Shown here piece after piece: positions 63,989-64,000 of a stretch of DNA of 64,000 bases. Both the position numbers and the translations under genes were made by a program. The DNA is from a virus. Position 1 is the first letter of the stretch; every line of letters starts with the position of its first letter. The notes beneath the pieces were generated by a model. That model had not been told where the DNA came from. It saw only the letters and a program-made list of their open reading frames with translations, and did no database searches. The stretch spans positions 96,001 to 160,000 of the IMG/VR virus record IMGVR_UViG_3300035070_003385; one strand, 5' to 3'.

Positions 63989-64000
63989 ATAAAAAGGTTG

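Noticed and set aside
1-64000. tRNA, rRNA, integrase, transposase or CRISPR array
   Set aside because: None recognised in coding or intergenic sequence by inspection; tRNAscan-SE or Infernal would be needed to exclude short RNAs

Overview
A 64-kb segment of an AT-rich T4-like (Tevenvirinae/Kyanoviridae-like) myovirus genome, probably marine, with almost all genes on the + strand. The likely host is an alphaproteobacterium (inference from PcyX, DUF1127, a SleB-like hydrolase and GANTC sites in promoters). Core T4 genes are recognisable: 33, 59, 32, uvsX, 41, 61, frd, td, nrdA/nrdB, glutaredoxin, dda-like helicase, dNMP kinase, rnh, dsbA, phoH, PAAR, GH19 endolysin and spanins. The accessory content includes: (i) heme oxygenase plus a PcyX-type bilin reductase; (ii) a 12-gene glycan island behind a late promoter, with three GT29-like and three KpsC/KpsS-like transferases, ColD, Gmd, an SDR, a methyltransferase and two GT-A enzymes; (iii) a 1724-aa Gly-X-Gln collagen-like fibre next to a subtilase; (iv) at least eight proteins with a T4-type capsid-targeting N-terminus, including a (p)ppGpp-hydrolase-like HD protein, a nuclease-like and a ligase-like protein; (v) a class Id-like ribonucleotide reductase with an ATP-cone on the beta subunit; (vi) a family of early promoter cassettes with GANTC at a fixed spacer position. 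No tRNA, rRNA, CRISPR array, intron or intein was recognised. All family assignments come from motif recognition by eye and recalled family sequences, not database searches.
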